Of a stretch of 64,000 bases of DNA, positions 45,003-56,300 are shown piece after piece. The DNA is from Auanema rhodensis (taxonomy: Eukaryota; Animalia; Nematoda). The notes beneath the pieces are model-generated. The model was not told where the DNA came from, ran no database searches, and was given only the letters and a program-made list of their open reading frames with translations. Position numbers and translations under genes: made by a program. Each line of letters starts with the position of its first letter. Positions within the stretch are counted from its first letter, which is position 1. Location of the stretch: contig OZ059896.1 in assembly GCA_964057225.1 (NCBI GenBank), positions 5,394,001 through 5,458,000 of the forward strand, in the 5' to 3' direction.

Positions 45003-45018
45003 GGCCCTCTTTAGGGCC
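45003..45018 (+). terminator. Histone mRNA 3'-end stem-loop (SLBP-type hairpin), orphaned
   Basis: ccaac-GGCCCT-CTTT-AGGGCC-acatt has a 6-bp stem and 4-nt loop with A/C-rich flanks, matching the metazoan replication-dependent histone stem-loop pattern. An H4 start lies ~440 bp downstream. Confidence 0.85.
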
Positions 45019-45339
45019 ACATTTAAATTTGATGTATTCATAATGATTTATAATATAATACTGTGTCTGTCTTGTCTTTTTTTGCTATGTAATGATAATT
45101 GATATGATATGTTTCGCTGTTATGTAAAGGAGAATCCCTATCTTTGATACTCCATATCCATCTCTATTTTTTTTTATGAATTTCATTAATTATGCTTTCA
45201 TGTTGATAACAACAACAGTGATCATATCTAATGCCTCACATGTTTCTATTCCACGTTTGTTCGCAAATAAACAGTTGTTTATGTTATTCTTATCGTTTAT
45301 ATAAAATTTAAATATACATTTCTAGAATTTCTAGCAAAA

Positions 45340-45453
45340 TTAAGCGCCAATATGCTTGGTGGCGATTACAATGGGTTTTTGCGCGGTGACCTCTACAGCA
45401 CTAGTATATAACGGAGATGCTAGGGTTACTATTCAACACACAGCTTGATCAGC
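45340..45453 (+). promoter_or_regulatory. Putative histone H4 core promoter and 5' UTR
   Basis: Locally GC-richer patch with CCAAT (45347-45351), TATATAA (45405-45411) and a short C/A-rich leader (attcaacacacagc) directly before the H4-like ATG at 45454. Confidence 0.55.
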
Positions 45454-45498
45454 ATGTCTGAACGTGGTAAAGGAGGAAAAGGTCTTGAATTTATATGA
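45454..45498 (+). pseudogene. H4: Histone H4 5' fragment, copy 1 (MSERGKGGKGL-EFI*)
   Basis: ATG TCT GAA CGT GGT AAA GGA GGA AAA GGT CTT matches 10/11 residues of H4 MSGRGKGGKGL (GGA>GAA at codon 3). The 'GL' favours H4 over H2A. Similarity is lost after codon 11-12, with a stop at 45496-45498. Confidence 0.88.
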
Positions 45499-45836
45499 TT
45501 GAATAATAAAATAGTGATTGACTTATCTGTGCTATGTGCTTGTTGTTGATTAGAAGTTGAAGTAATTGATTGGTAGTTGAAGCTGACTACAACCGCTCTT
45601 TCTTTTTTTTAAAATGATATGATTGTTTAGATTTTCATTGCTTGCTTATGCTATTTTGAAAATTTGAATATTCTTAGTGTTGTATTTTTTTTAATTTTTA
45701 TTTTTTCTCTTTTTTTTTTCATATTTATACTTATATATATAAATATAATGTATATATTGAGAGATTTAGCTAACTAGTTAATATATTAGCATTTGTACAG
45801 TTCGGCTTTCATTGACTTTAGGAATGTGGGCGTGGT

Positions 45837-46073
45837 TTATTTACTCTAGTATACTCTATACATCTCCTGATAATTGTTTGATCTTATTTATATTTGTTGA
45901 AAATTCTTCACATTTTCTTATTGAAAGTGCTTCTTGATATTTCTTCTTTGCTTTTATTATTTGATTTTACAATGACTTGATATAACTTTCTTTTGTATCC
46001 TGTTCATGGAATGAATAATTATATACTGTAGTATAATTTGTACATCTCTTGATAATTGTTTGTTCTTATTTGT
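45837..46073 (-). repeat. Diverged ~184-bp satellite monomers (about 1.3 units), T-rich orientation
   Basis: Starts ttatttactctagtatac... and matches the inner satellite with many substitutions. The strand switches at ...cttatttgt|tatccatgaac. Confidence 0.85.
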
Positions 46074-47103
46074 TATCCATGAACAGGATACGAAAGAAAG
46101 TTATAACAAGTCATTGAAAAATTAAGTATTAAAAACAAAAAAAAAGTATCAAGAAGCATTTTCAGTAAGAAAACATGAAGAAATTTTAACAAATACAAAT
46201 AAGAATGAGAAAATTATCAAGAGATGCATAACGTATTATAGAGTATCAGTAAACATTTAAAATATGAACAGGTTTCAAAAAAAGTAATATCAATTCATGG
46301 GAAAGTATTAAAAGCAGAGAAGAAGTATCAAGAAGGATTTTCAGTAAGAAAACATGAAGAAATTTTAACAAATACAAAGAAGAATGAGAAAATTATCAAG
46401 AGATATATAACGTACTATAGAGTATCAGTAAACATTTTAAATATGAACAGGTTTCAAAAAAAGTTATAACAAGTCATGGTAAAATCAAGTTTTAAAAGCA
46501 AAGAAGAAGTATCAAGAAGGATTTTCAGCAAGAAAACATGAAGAAATTTTAACAAATACAAAGAAGAATGAGAAAATTATCGAAAGATGTACAAATTATA
46601 CTAGAGTATCCGTAAACATTTAAAATATGAACAGGTTTCAACAAAAGTAATATCAAGTCATGATAAAATCAAGTATTAAAAACAAAAAAAAAGTATCAAG
46701 AAGCATTTTCAGTAAGAAAACAGGAAGAAATTTTAACAAATACAAAACAGAATGACAAAATTATCGAAAGATGTACAAAGTATACTAGAGTATCAGTAAA
46801 CATTTAAAATATGAACAGGTTTCAACAAAAGTAAAATCAAGTCATGATAAAATCAAGTATTAAAAACAAAAAAAAAGTATCAAGAAGCATTTTCAGTAAG
46901 AAAACAGGAAGAAATTTTAACAAATACAAAAAAGAATGAGAAAATTATCAAGAGATGTACAAAATATACTAGAGTAAAATATTATTTATTCCATGAACAT
47001 GATACGAAAGAAAGTTATAACAAGTCATGGTAAAATCAAGTATTAAAAACAAAAAAAAGTATCAAGAAGCATATTCAGTAGGAAAACATGAAGAAATTTT
47101 AAC
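46074..47103 (+). repeat. 179/184-bp satellite block (about 5.5 units), A-rich orientation
   Basis: Recurrent aagtatcaagaag...aagaaaacatgaagaaattttaacaaatac motif at ~180-185-bp spacing. Confidence 0.93.
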
Positions 47104-47672
47104 TTTGTTCGCAAATAAACAGTTGTTTATGTTATTCTTATCGTTTATATAAAATTTAAATATACATTTCTAGAATTGAGCGGCAAAATTAAGCGCCAAT
47201 ATGCTTGGTGGCGATTACAATGGGTTTTTGCGCGGTGACCTCTACAGCACTAGTATAGAACGGAGATGCTAGGGTTACTATTCAACACACAGCTTGATCA
47301 GCATGTCTGAACGTGGTAAAGGAGGAAAAGGTCTTGAACTTATATGATTGAATAATAAAATAGTGATTGACTTATCTGTGCTATGTGCTTGTTGTTGATT
47401 AGAAGTTGAAGTAATGATGCTGACTACAACCGCTCTTTCTTTTTTTTAAAATGATATGATTGTTTAGATTTTCATTGCTTGCTTATGCTATTTTGAAAAT
47501 TTGAATATTCTTAGTGTTGTATTTTTTTAAATTTTTATTTTTTCTCTTTTTTTTTCATATTTATACTTATATATATAAATATAATGTATATATTGAGAGA
47601 TTTAGCTAACTAGTTAATATATTAGCATTTGTACAGTTCGGCTTTCATTGACGTTAGGAATGTGGGCGTGGT
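47104..47672 (+). other. Linker copy 2, 5'-truncated (lacks the stem-loop and left inverted repeat)
   Basis: Begins tttgttcgcaaataaac (equivalent to 45256) and runs to ggaatgtgggcgtgg. It retains the right 24-mer at 47391-47414. The TATA box is changed to TATAGAA. Confidence 0.95.
47303..47347 (+). pseudogene. H4: Histone H4 5' fragment, copy 2 (MSERGKGGKGL-ELI*)
   Basis: Same 33 nt as copy 1, with one downstream substitution (TTT>CTT). Confidence 0.88.
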
Positions 47673-48337
47673 TTATTTACTCTAGTATACTCTATACATC
47701 TCCTGATAATTGTTTGATCTTATTTATATTTCTTGAAAATTCTTCACATTTTCTTATTGAAAGTGCTTCTTGATATTTCTTATTTGCTTTTATTATTTGA
47801 TTTTACAATGACTTGATATAACTTTCTTTTGTATCCTGTTCATGGAATGAATAATTATATACTGTAGTATAATTTGTACATCTCTTGATAATTGTTTGTT
47901 CTTATTTGTATTTGTAGAAATTTTCCAAAACAAAATGCTTCTTAACACTTTTTCTTTGTTTTTAATACTTGATTTTACCATGACATGATATAACTTTCTT
48001 TCGTATCCTGCTCATGGAATAAATAATAGTTTACTCTAGTATACTCTGTACATCTCCTGAAAATTTTCTCATTCTACTTTGTATTCTTTAAAAATTCTTC
48101 ATGTTTTCTTACTGAAAATACTTCTTGATACTTCTTCTTTGCTTTTAAAACTTGATTTTATCATGACTTGTTATAACTTTTTTTGAAACCTGTTTATATT
48201 TAAAATGTTTACTGATACTCTATAGTACGTTATATATCTCTTGATAATTTTCTCATTCTTCTTGGTATTTGTTAAAATTTTTTTATGTTTTCCTACTGAA
48301 GATGCTTCTTGATACTTTTTTTTGTTTTTAATACTTG
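47673..48337 (-). repeat. 179/184-bp satellite block (about 3.5 units, the first ones diverged), T-rich orientation
   Basis: The first ~235 bp duplicate 45837-46073 and then continue. The strand switches at ...atacttg|aagcattttc. Confidence 0.9.
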
Positions 48338-50376
48338 AAGCATTTTCAGTAAGAAAACATGAAGAAATTTTAACAAATACAAAGAAGAATGAGAAAATTA
48401 TCAAGAGATGTACAAAGTATACTAGAGTAAACTATTATTTTATCCATGAACAGGATACGAAAGAAAGTTATATCAAGTCATTGAAAAATCAAGTATTAAA
48501 AACAAAGAAAAAGTATCAAGAAGCATTTTCAGTAAGAAAACATGAAGAAATTTTAAAGAATACAATTAAGAATGAGAAAATTATCAGGAGATGTACAGAG
48601 TATACTAGAGTAAATAATTATTTACTACATGAACAAGATACGAAAGAAAGTAATATCAAGTCATGATAAAATCAAGTATTAAAAACAAAGAAGAAGTATC
48701 AAGAAGGATTTTCAATAAGAAAACATGAAGAAATTTTAACAAATACAAATAAGAATGAGAAAATTATCAAGAGATGTATAACATATTATAGAGTATCAGT
48801 AAACATTTAAAATATGAACAGGTTTCAAAAAAAGTAATATCAACTCATGGGGAAATCAAGTTTTAAAAGCAAAGAAGAAGTATCAAGAAGGATTTTCATT
48901 AAGAAAACATGAAGAAATTTTAACAAATACAAATAAGAATGAGAAAATTATCAAGAGATGTATAACATATTATAGAGTATCAGTAAACATTTAAAATATG
49001 AACAGGTTTCAAAAAAAGTAATATCAATTCATGGGTAAGTATTAAAAGCAGAGAAGAAGTATCAAGAAGGATTTTCAGTAAGAAAACATGAAGAAATTTT
49101 AACAAATACAAAGAAGAATGAAAAAATTATCAAGAGATGCATAACGTATTATAGAGTATCAGTAAACATTTAAAATATGAACAGGTTTCAAAAAAAGTAA
49201 TATCATTTCATGGGGAAGTATTAAAAGCAAAGAAGAAGTATCAAGAAGGATTTTCAATAAGAAAACATGAAGAAATTTTAACAAATACAAAGAAGAATGA
49301 AAAAATTATCAAGAGATGCATAACGTATTATAGAGTATCAGTAAACATTTAAAATATGAACAGATTTCAAAAAAAGTAATATCATTTCATGGGGAAGTAT
49401 TAAAAACAAAAAAAAGTATCAAGAAGCATTTTCAGTAAGATAACATGAAGAAATTTCAACAAATACAAAAAAGAATGAGAAAATTATCGAAAGATGCATA
49501 ACATATTATAGAGTATCAGTAAACATTTGGAATATGAACAGGTTTCAAAAAAAGTAATATCAATTCATGGGGAAGTATTAAAAGCAGAGAAGAAGTATCA
49601 AGAAGGATTTTCAGTAAGAAAACATGAAGAAATTTTAACAAATACAAAGAAGAATGAAAAAATTATCAAGAGATGCATAACGTATTATAGAGTATCAGTA
49701 AACATTTAAAATATGAACAGATTTCGAAAAAAGTAATATCATTTCATGGGGAAGTATTAAAAGCAAAGAAGAAGTATCAAGAAGGATTTTCAATAAGAAA
49801 ACATGAAGAAATTTTAACAAATACAAAGAAGAATGAAAAAATTATCAAGAGATGCATAACGTATTATAGAGTATCAGTAAACATTTAAAATATGAACAGG
49901 TTTCAAAAAAAGTAATATCATTTCATGGGGAAGTATTAAAAGCAAAGAAGAAGTATCAAGAAGGATTTTCAATAAGAAAACATGAAGAAATTTTAACAAA
50001 TACAAAGAAGAATGAAAAAATTATCAAGAGATGCATAACGTATTATAGAGTATCAGTAAACATTTAAAATATGAACAGGTTTCAAAAAAAGTAATATCAT
50101 TTCATGGGGAAGTATTAAAAGCAAAGAAGAAGTATCAAGAAGGATTTTCAATAAGAAAACATGAAGAAATTTTAACAAATACAAAGAAGAATGAAAAAAT
50201 TATCAAGAGATGCATAACGTATTATAGAGTATCAGTAAACATTTAAAATATGAACAGGTTTCAAAAAAAGTAATATCATTTCATGGGGAAGTATTAAAAG
50301 CAAAGAAGAAGTATCAAGAAGGATTTTCAATAAGAAAACATGAAGAAATTTCAACAAATACAAATAAGAATGAAAG
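48338..50376 (+). repeat. 179/184-bp satellite block (about 11 units), A-rich orientation
   Basis: Exact 179-bp period near the end (atttcatgggg at 49741, 49920, 50099, 50278). Confidence 0.96.
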
Positions 50377-50378
50377 AA

Positions 50379-53300
50379 CCTTCTTGATACTTCTTCTTTG
50401 CATTTAAAACTTGATTTTACCATGACTTGTTATAACTTTTTTTGAAACCTGTTCATATTTAAAATGTTTACTGATACTCTATAGTACGTTATATATCTCT
50501 TGATAATTTTCTCATTCTTATTTGTATTTGTTGAAATTTCTTCATGTTTTCTTATTGAAAATCCTTCTTGTTACTTCTTCTTTGCTTTTAATACTTCCCC
50601 ATGAAATGATATTACCTTTTTTGAAACCTGTTCATATTTTAAATGTTTACTGATACTCTATAATATGTTATACATCTCTTGATAATTTTCTCATTCTTAT
50701 TTGTATTTGTTGAAATTTCTTCATGTTATCTTACTGAAAATGCTTCTTGATACTTTTTTTTGTTTTTAATACTTGATTTTACCTTGACTTGATATTACTT
50801 TCTTTCGTATCATGTTCATGGAATAAATAATAGTTTACTCTAGTATACTTTGTACATCTCTTGATAATTTTCTCATTCTTATTTGTATTTGTTGAAATTT
50901 CTTCATGTTTTCTTATTGAAAATCCTTCTTGATACTTCTTCTTCGCTTTTAATACTTCCCCATGAAATGATATTACTTTTTTTGAAACCTGTTCATATTT
51001 TAAATGTTTACTGATACTCTATTATACGTTATGCATCTCTTGATAATTTTTTCATTCTTCTTTGTATTTGTTAAAATTTCTTCATGTTTTCTTACTGAAA
51101 ATCCTTCTTGATACTTCTTCTCTGCTTTTAATACTTCCCCATGAATTGATATTACTTTTTTTGAAACCTGTTCATATTTCAAATGTTTACTGATACTCTA
51201 TAATATGTTATGCATCTTTCGATAATTTTCTCATTCTTTTTTGTATTTGTTAAAATTTCTTCATGTTTTCTTACTGAAAATCCTTCTTGATACTTCTTCT
51301 TTGCTTTTAAAACTTGATTTTACCATGATTTGTTATAACTTTTTTTGAAACCTGTTCATATTTTAAATGTTTACTGATACTCTATAATACGTTATGCATC
51401 TCTTGATAATTTTTTCATTCTTTTTTGTATTTGTTGAAATATCTTCATGTTTTCTTATTGAAAATCCTTCTTGATACTTCTTCTTTGCTTTCAAAACTTG
51501 ATTTTACCATGATTTGTTATAACTTTTTTTGAAACCTGTTCATATTTTAAATGTTTACTGATACTCTATAATACGTTATGCATCTCTTGATAATTTTTTC
51601 ATTCTTCTTTGTATTTGTTAAAAATTTCTTCATGTTTTCTTACTGAAAATCCTTCTTGATACTTCTTCTCTGCTTTTAATACTTCCCCATGAATTGATAT
51701 TACTTTTTTTGAAACCTGTTCATATTTCAAATGTTTACTGATACTCTATAATATGTTATGCATCTTTCGATAATTTTCTCATTCTTTTTTGTATTTGTTA
51801 AAATTTCTTCATGTTTTCTTACTGAAAATCCTTCTTGATACTTCTTCTTTTCTTTTAAAACTTGATTTTACCATGACTTGTTATAACTTTTTTTGAAACC
51901 TGTTCATATTTAAAATGTTTACTGATACTCTATAAAACGTTATATATCTCTTGATAATTTTCTCATTCTTATTTGTATTTGTTGAAATATCTTCATGTTT
52001 TCTTATTGAAAATCCTTCTTGATACTTCTTCTTTGCTTTTAAAACTTGATTTTACCATGACTTGTTATAACTTTTTTTGAAACCTGTTTATATTTAAAAT
52101 GTTTACTGATACTCTATAGTACGTTATATATCTCTTGATAATTTTCTCATTCTTATTTGTATTTGTTGAAATTTCTTCATGTTTTCTTATTGAAAATCCT
52201 TCTTGATACTTCTTCTTTGCTTTTAATACTTCCCCATGAAATGATATTACTTTTTTCGAAATCTGTTCATATTTTAAATGTTTACTGATACTCTATAATA
52301 CGTTATGCATCTCTTGATAATTTTTTCATTCTTCTTTGTATTTGTTAAAATTTCTTCATGTTTTCTTACTGAAAATCCTTCTTGATACTTCTTCTTTGCT
52401 TTTAAAACTTGATTTTACCATGACTTGTTATAACTTTTTTTGAAACCTGTTCATATTTAAAATGTTTACTGATACTCTATAGTACGTTATATATCTCTTG
52501 ATAATTTTCTCATTCTTCTGTGTATTTGTTAAAATTTCTTCATGTTTTCCTACTGAAGATGCTTCTTGATACTTTTTTTTGTTTTTAATACTTGATTTTA
52601 CCATGACTTGTTATAACTTTCTTTCGTATCATGTTCATGGAATAAATAATATTTTACTCTAGTATATTTTGTACATCTCTTGATAATTTTCTCATTCTTT
52701 TTTGTATTTGTTAAAATTTCTTCCTGTTTTCTTACTGAAAATGCTTCTTGATACTTTTTTTTTGTTTTTAATACTTGATTTTATCATGACTTGATTTTAC
52801 TTTTGTTGAAACCTGTTCATATTTTAAATGTTTACTGATACTCTAGTATACTTTGTACATCTTTCGATAATTTTGTCATTCTTTTTTGTATTTGTTAAAA
52901 TTTCTTCATGTTTTCTTACTGAAAATCCTTCTTGATACTTCTTCTTTGCTTTTAAAACTTGATTTTACCATGACTTGTTATAACTTTTTTTGAAACCTGT
53001 TCATATTTAAAATGTTTACTGATACTCTATAGTACGTTATATATCTCTTGATAATTTTCTCATTCTTATTTGTATTTGTTAAAATTTCTTCATGTTTTCT
53101 TACTGAAAATGCTTCTTGATACTTTTTTTTGTTTTTAAAACTTGATTTTATCATGACTTGATATTACTTTCTTTCGTATCTTGTTCATGTAGTAAATAAT
53201 TATTTACTCTAGTATACTTTGTACATTTCTTGATAATTTTCTCATTCTTCTTTGTATTCTTAAAAATTTCTTCATGTTTTCTTACTGAAAATCCTTCTTG

Positions 53301-56300
53301 ATACTTCTTCTTTGCTTTTAAAACTCGATTTTCCCATGAATTGATATTACTTTTTTTGAAACCTGTTCATATTTTAAATGTTTACTGATACTCTATTATA
53401 CGTTATGCATCTCTTGATAATTTTTTCATTCTTCTTTGTATTTGTTAAAATTTCTTCATGTTTTCTTACTGAAAATCCTTCTTGATACTTCTTCTCTGCT
53501 TTTAATACTTCCCCATGAAATGATATTACCTTTTTTGAAACCTGTTCATATTTTAAATGTTTACTGATACTCTATAATATGTTATACATCTCTTGATAAT
53601 TTTCTCATTCTTATTTGTATTTGTTGAAATTTCTTCATGTTATCTTACTGAAAATGCTTCTTGATACTTTTTTTTGTTTTTAATACTTGATTTTACCTTG
53701 ACTTGATATTACTTTCTTTCGTATCATGTTCATGGAATAAATAATAGTTTACTCTAGTATACTTTGTACATCTCTTGATAATTTTCTCATTCTTATTTGT
53801 ATTTGTTGAAATTTCTTCATGTTTTCTTATTGAAAATCCTTCTTGATACTTCTTCTTCGCTTTTAATACTTCCCCATGAAATGATATTACTTTTTTTGAA
53901 ACCTGTTCATATTTTAAATGTTTACTGATACTCTATTATACGTTATGCATCTCTTGATAATTTTTTCATTCTTCTTTGTATTTGTTAAAATTTCTTCATG
54001 TTTTCTTACTGAAAATCCTTCTTGATACTTCTTTCTGCTTTTAATACTTCCCCATGAATTGATATTACTTTTTTTGAAACCTGTTCATATTTCAAATGTT
54101 TACTGATACTCTATAATATGTTATGCATCTTTCGATAATTTTCTCATTCTTTTTTGTATTTGTTAAAATTTCTTCATGTTTTCTTACTGAAAATCCTTCT
54201 TGATACTTCTTCTTTTCTTTTAAAACTTGATTTTACCATGACTTGTTATAACTTTTTTTGAAACCTGTTCATATTTAAAATGTTTACTGATACTCTATAG
54301 TACGTTATATATCTCTTGATAATTTTCTCATTCTTATTTGTATTTGTTGAAATATCTTCATGTTTTCTTATTGAAAATCCTTCTTGATACTTCTTCTTTG
54401 CTTTCAAAACTTGATTTTACCATGATTTGTTATAACTTTTTTTGAAACCTGTTCATATTTTAAATGTTTACTGATACTCTATAATACGTTATGCATCTCT
54501 TGATAATTTTTTCATTCTTCTTTGTATTTGTTAAAAATTTCTTCATGTTTTCTTACTGAAAATCCTTCTTGATACTTCTTCTCTGCTTTTAATACTTCCC
54601 CATGAATTGATATTACTTTTTTTGAAACCTGTTCATATTTCAAATGTTTACTGATACTCTATAATATGTTATGCATCTTTCGATAATTTTCTCATTCTTT
54701 TTTGTATTTGTTAAAATTTCTTCATGTTTTCTTACTGAAAATCCTTCTTGATACTTCTTCTTTTCTTTTAAAACTTGATTTTACCATGACTTGTTATAAC
54801 TTTTTTTGAAACCTGTTCATATTTAAAATGTTTACTGATACTCTATAGTACGTTATATATCTCTTGATAATTTTCTCATTCTTATTTGTATTTGTTGAAA
54901 TATCTTCATGTTTTCTTATTGAAAATCCTTCTTGATACTTCTTCTTTGCTTTTAAAACTTGATTTTACCATGACTTGTTATAACTTTCTTTCGTATCATG
55001 TTCATGGAATAAATAATATTTTACTCTAGTATATTTTGTACATCTCTTGATAATTTTCTCATTCTTTTTTGTATTTGTTAAAATTTCTTCCTGTTTTCTT
55101 ACTGAAAATGCTTCTTGATACTTTTTTTTTGTTTTTAATACTTGATTTTATCATGACTTGATTTTACTTTTGTTGAAACCTGTTCATATTTTAAATGTTT
55201 ACTGATACTCTAGTATACTTTGTACATCTTTCGATAATTTTGTCATTCTTTTTTGTATTTGTTAAAATTTCTTCATGTTTTCTTACTGAAAATCCTTCTT
55301 GATACTTCTTCTTTGCTTTTAAAACTTGATTTTACCATGACTTGTTATAACTTTTTTTGAAACCTGTTCATATTTAAAATGTTTACTGATACTCTATAGT
55401 ACGTTATATATCTCTTGATAATTTTCTCATTCTTATTTGTATTTGTTAAAATTTCTTCATGTTTTCTTACTGAAAATGCTTCTTGATACTTTTTTTTGTT
55501 TTTAAAACTTGATTTTATCATGACTTGATATTACTTTCTTTCGTATCTTGTTCATGTAGTAAATAATTATTTACTCTAGTATACTTTGTACATTTCTTGA
55601 TAATTTTCTCATTCTTCTTTGTATTCTTAAAAATTTCTTCATGTTTTCTTACTGAAAATCCTTCTTGATACTTCTTCTTTGCTTTTAAAACTCGATTTTC
55701 CCATGAATTGATATTACTTTTTTTGAAACCTGTTCATATTTTAAATGTTTACTGATACTCTATAATACGTTATACATTTCTTGATAATTTTCTCATTCTT
55801 CTTTGTATTTGTTAAAATTTCTTCATGTTTTCTTATTGAAAATCCTTCTTGATACTTCTTCTTTGTTTTTAATACTTGATTTTATCATGACTTGATATTA
55901 CTTTCTTTCGTATCTTGTTCATGTAGTAAATAATTATTTACTCTAGTATACTTTGTACATTTCTTGATAATTTTCTCATTCTTATTTGTATTTGTTAAAA
56001 TTTCTTCATGTTTTCTTACTGAAAATGCTTCTTGATACTTTTTTTTTGTTTTTAATACTTGATTTTACCATGACTTGTTATAACTTTCTTTCGTATCCTG
56101 TTCATGGAATAAATAATAGTTTACTCTAGTATACTTTGTACATTTCTTGATAATTTTCTCATTCTTATTTGTATTTGTTAAAATTTCTTCATGTTTTCTT
56201 ACTGAAAATCCTTCTTGATACTTCTTCTTTGCTTTTAAAACTTGATTTTACCATGACTTGTTATAACTTTTTTTGAAACCTGTTCATATTTAAAATGTTT

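Larger units (their letters stand above)
44974..45565. repeat. 592-bp segment bounded by a perfect 24-bp inverted repeat (MITE-like or fold-back structure)
   Basis: ttacttcaacttctaatcaacaac at 44974-44997 and its exact reverse complement gttgttgattagaagttgaagtaa at 45542-45565. It can also be read as a 21-bp TIR flanked by TA. No transposase is present. Confidence 0.85.
44976..45836 (+). other. Non-satellite linker, copy 1 (histone-cluster-derived segment plus AT-rich tail)
   Basis: Non-tandem sequence between the two satellite families. Its near-identical reverse complement lies at 59741-60589 and a partial direct copy at 47104-47672. Confidence 0.95.

Noticed and set aside
45344-45404. Helitron-like 3' end (GC-rich dyad cgcca...tggcg upstream of CTAG)
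   Set aside because: The hairpin is weak and too far from the CTAG, it is internal to the linker rather than at a copy boundary, and it is better explained as histone promoter sequence.
45420-45428. tagggtta telomere-like motif
   Set aside because: A single partial unit within the promoter region; no tandem telomeric repeats anywhere in the window.
45771-45835. Palindrome taactagtta and GC-box-like gggcgtgg before the inner satellite
   Set aside because: Short motifs expected by chance, with no supporting context.
47793-51182. K/E-rich ORFs up to 114 aa
   Set aside because: Translations of the A-rich 179/184-bp satellite. The monomer lengths are not multiples of 3 and the frames contain frequent stops.
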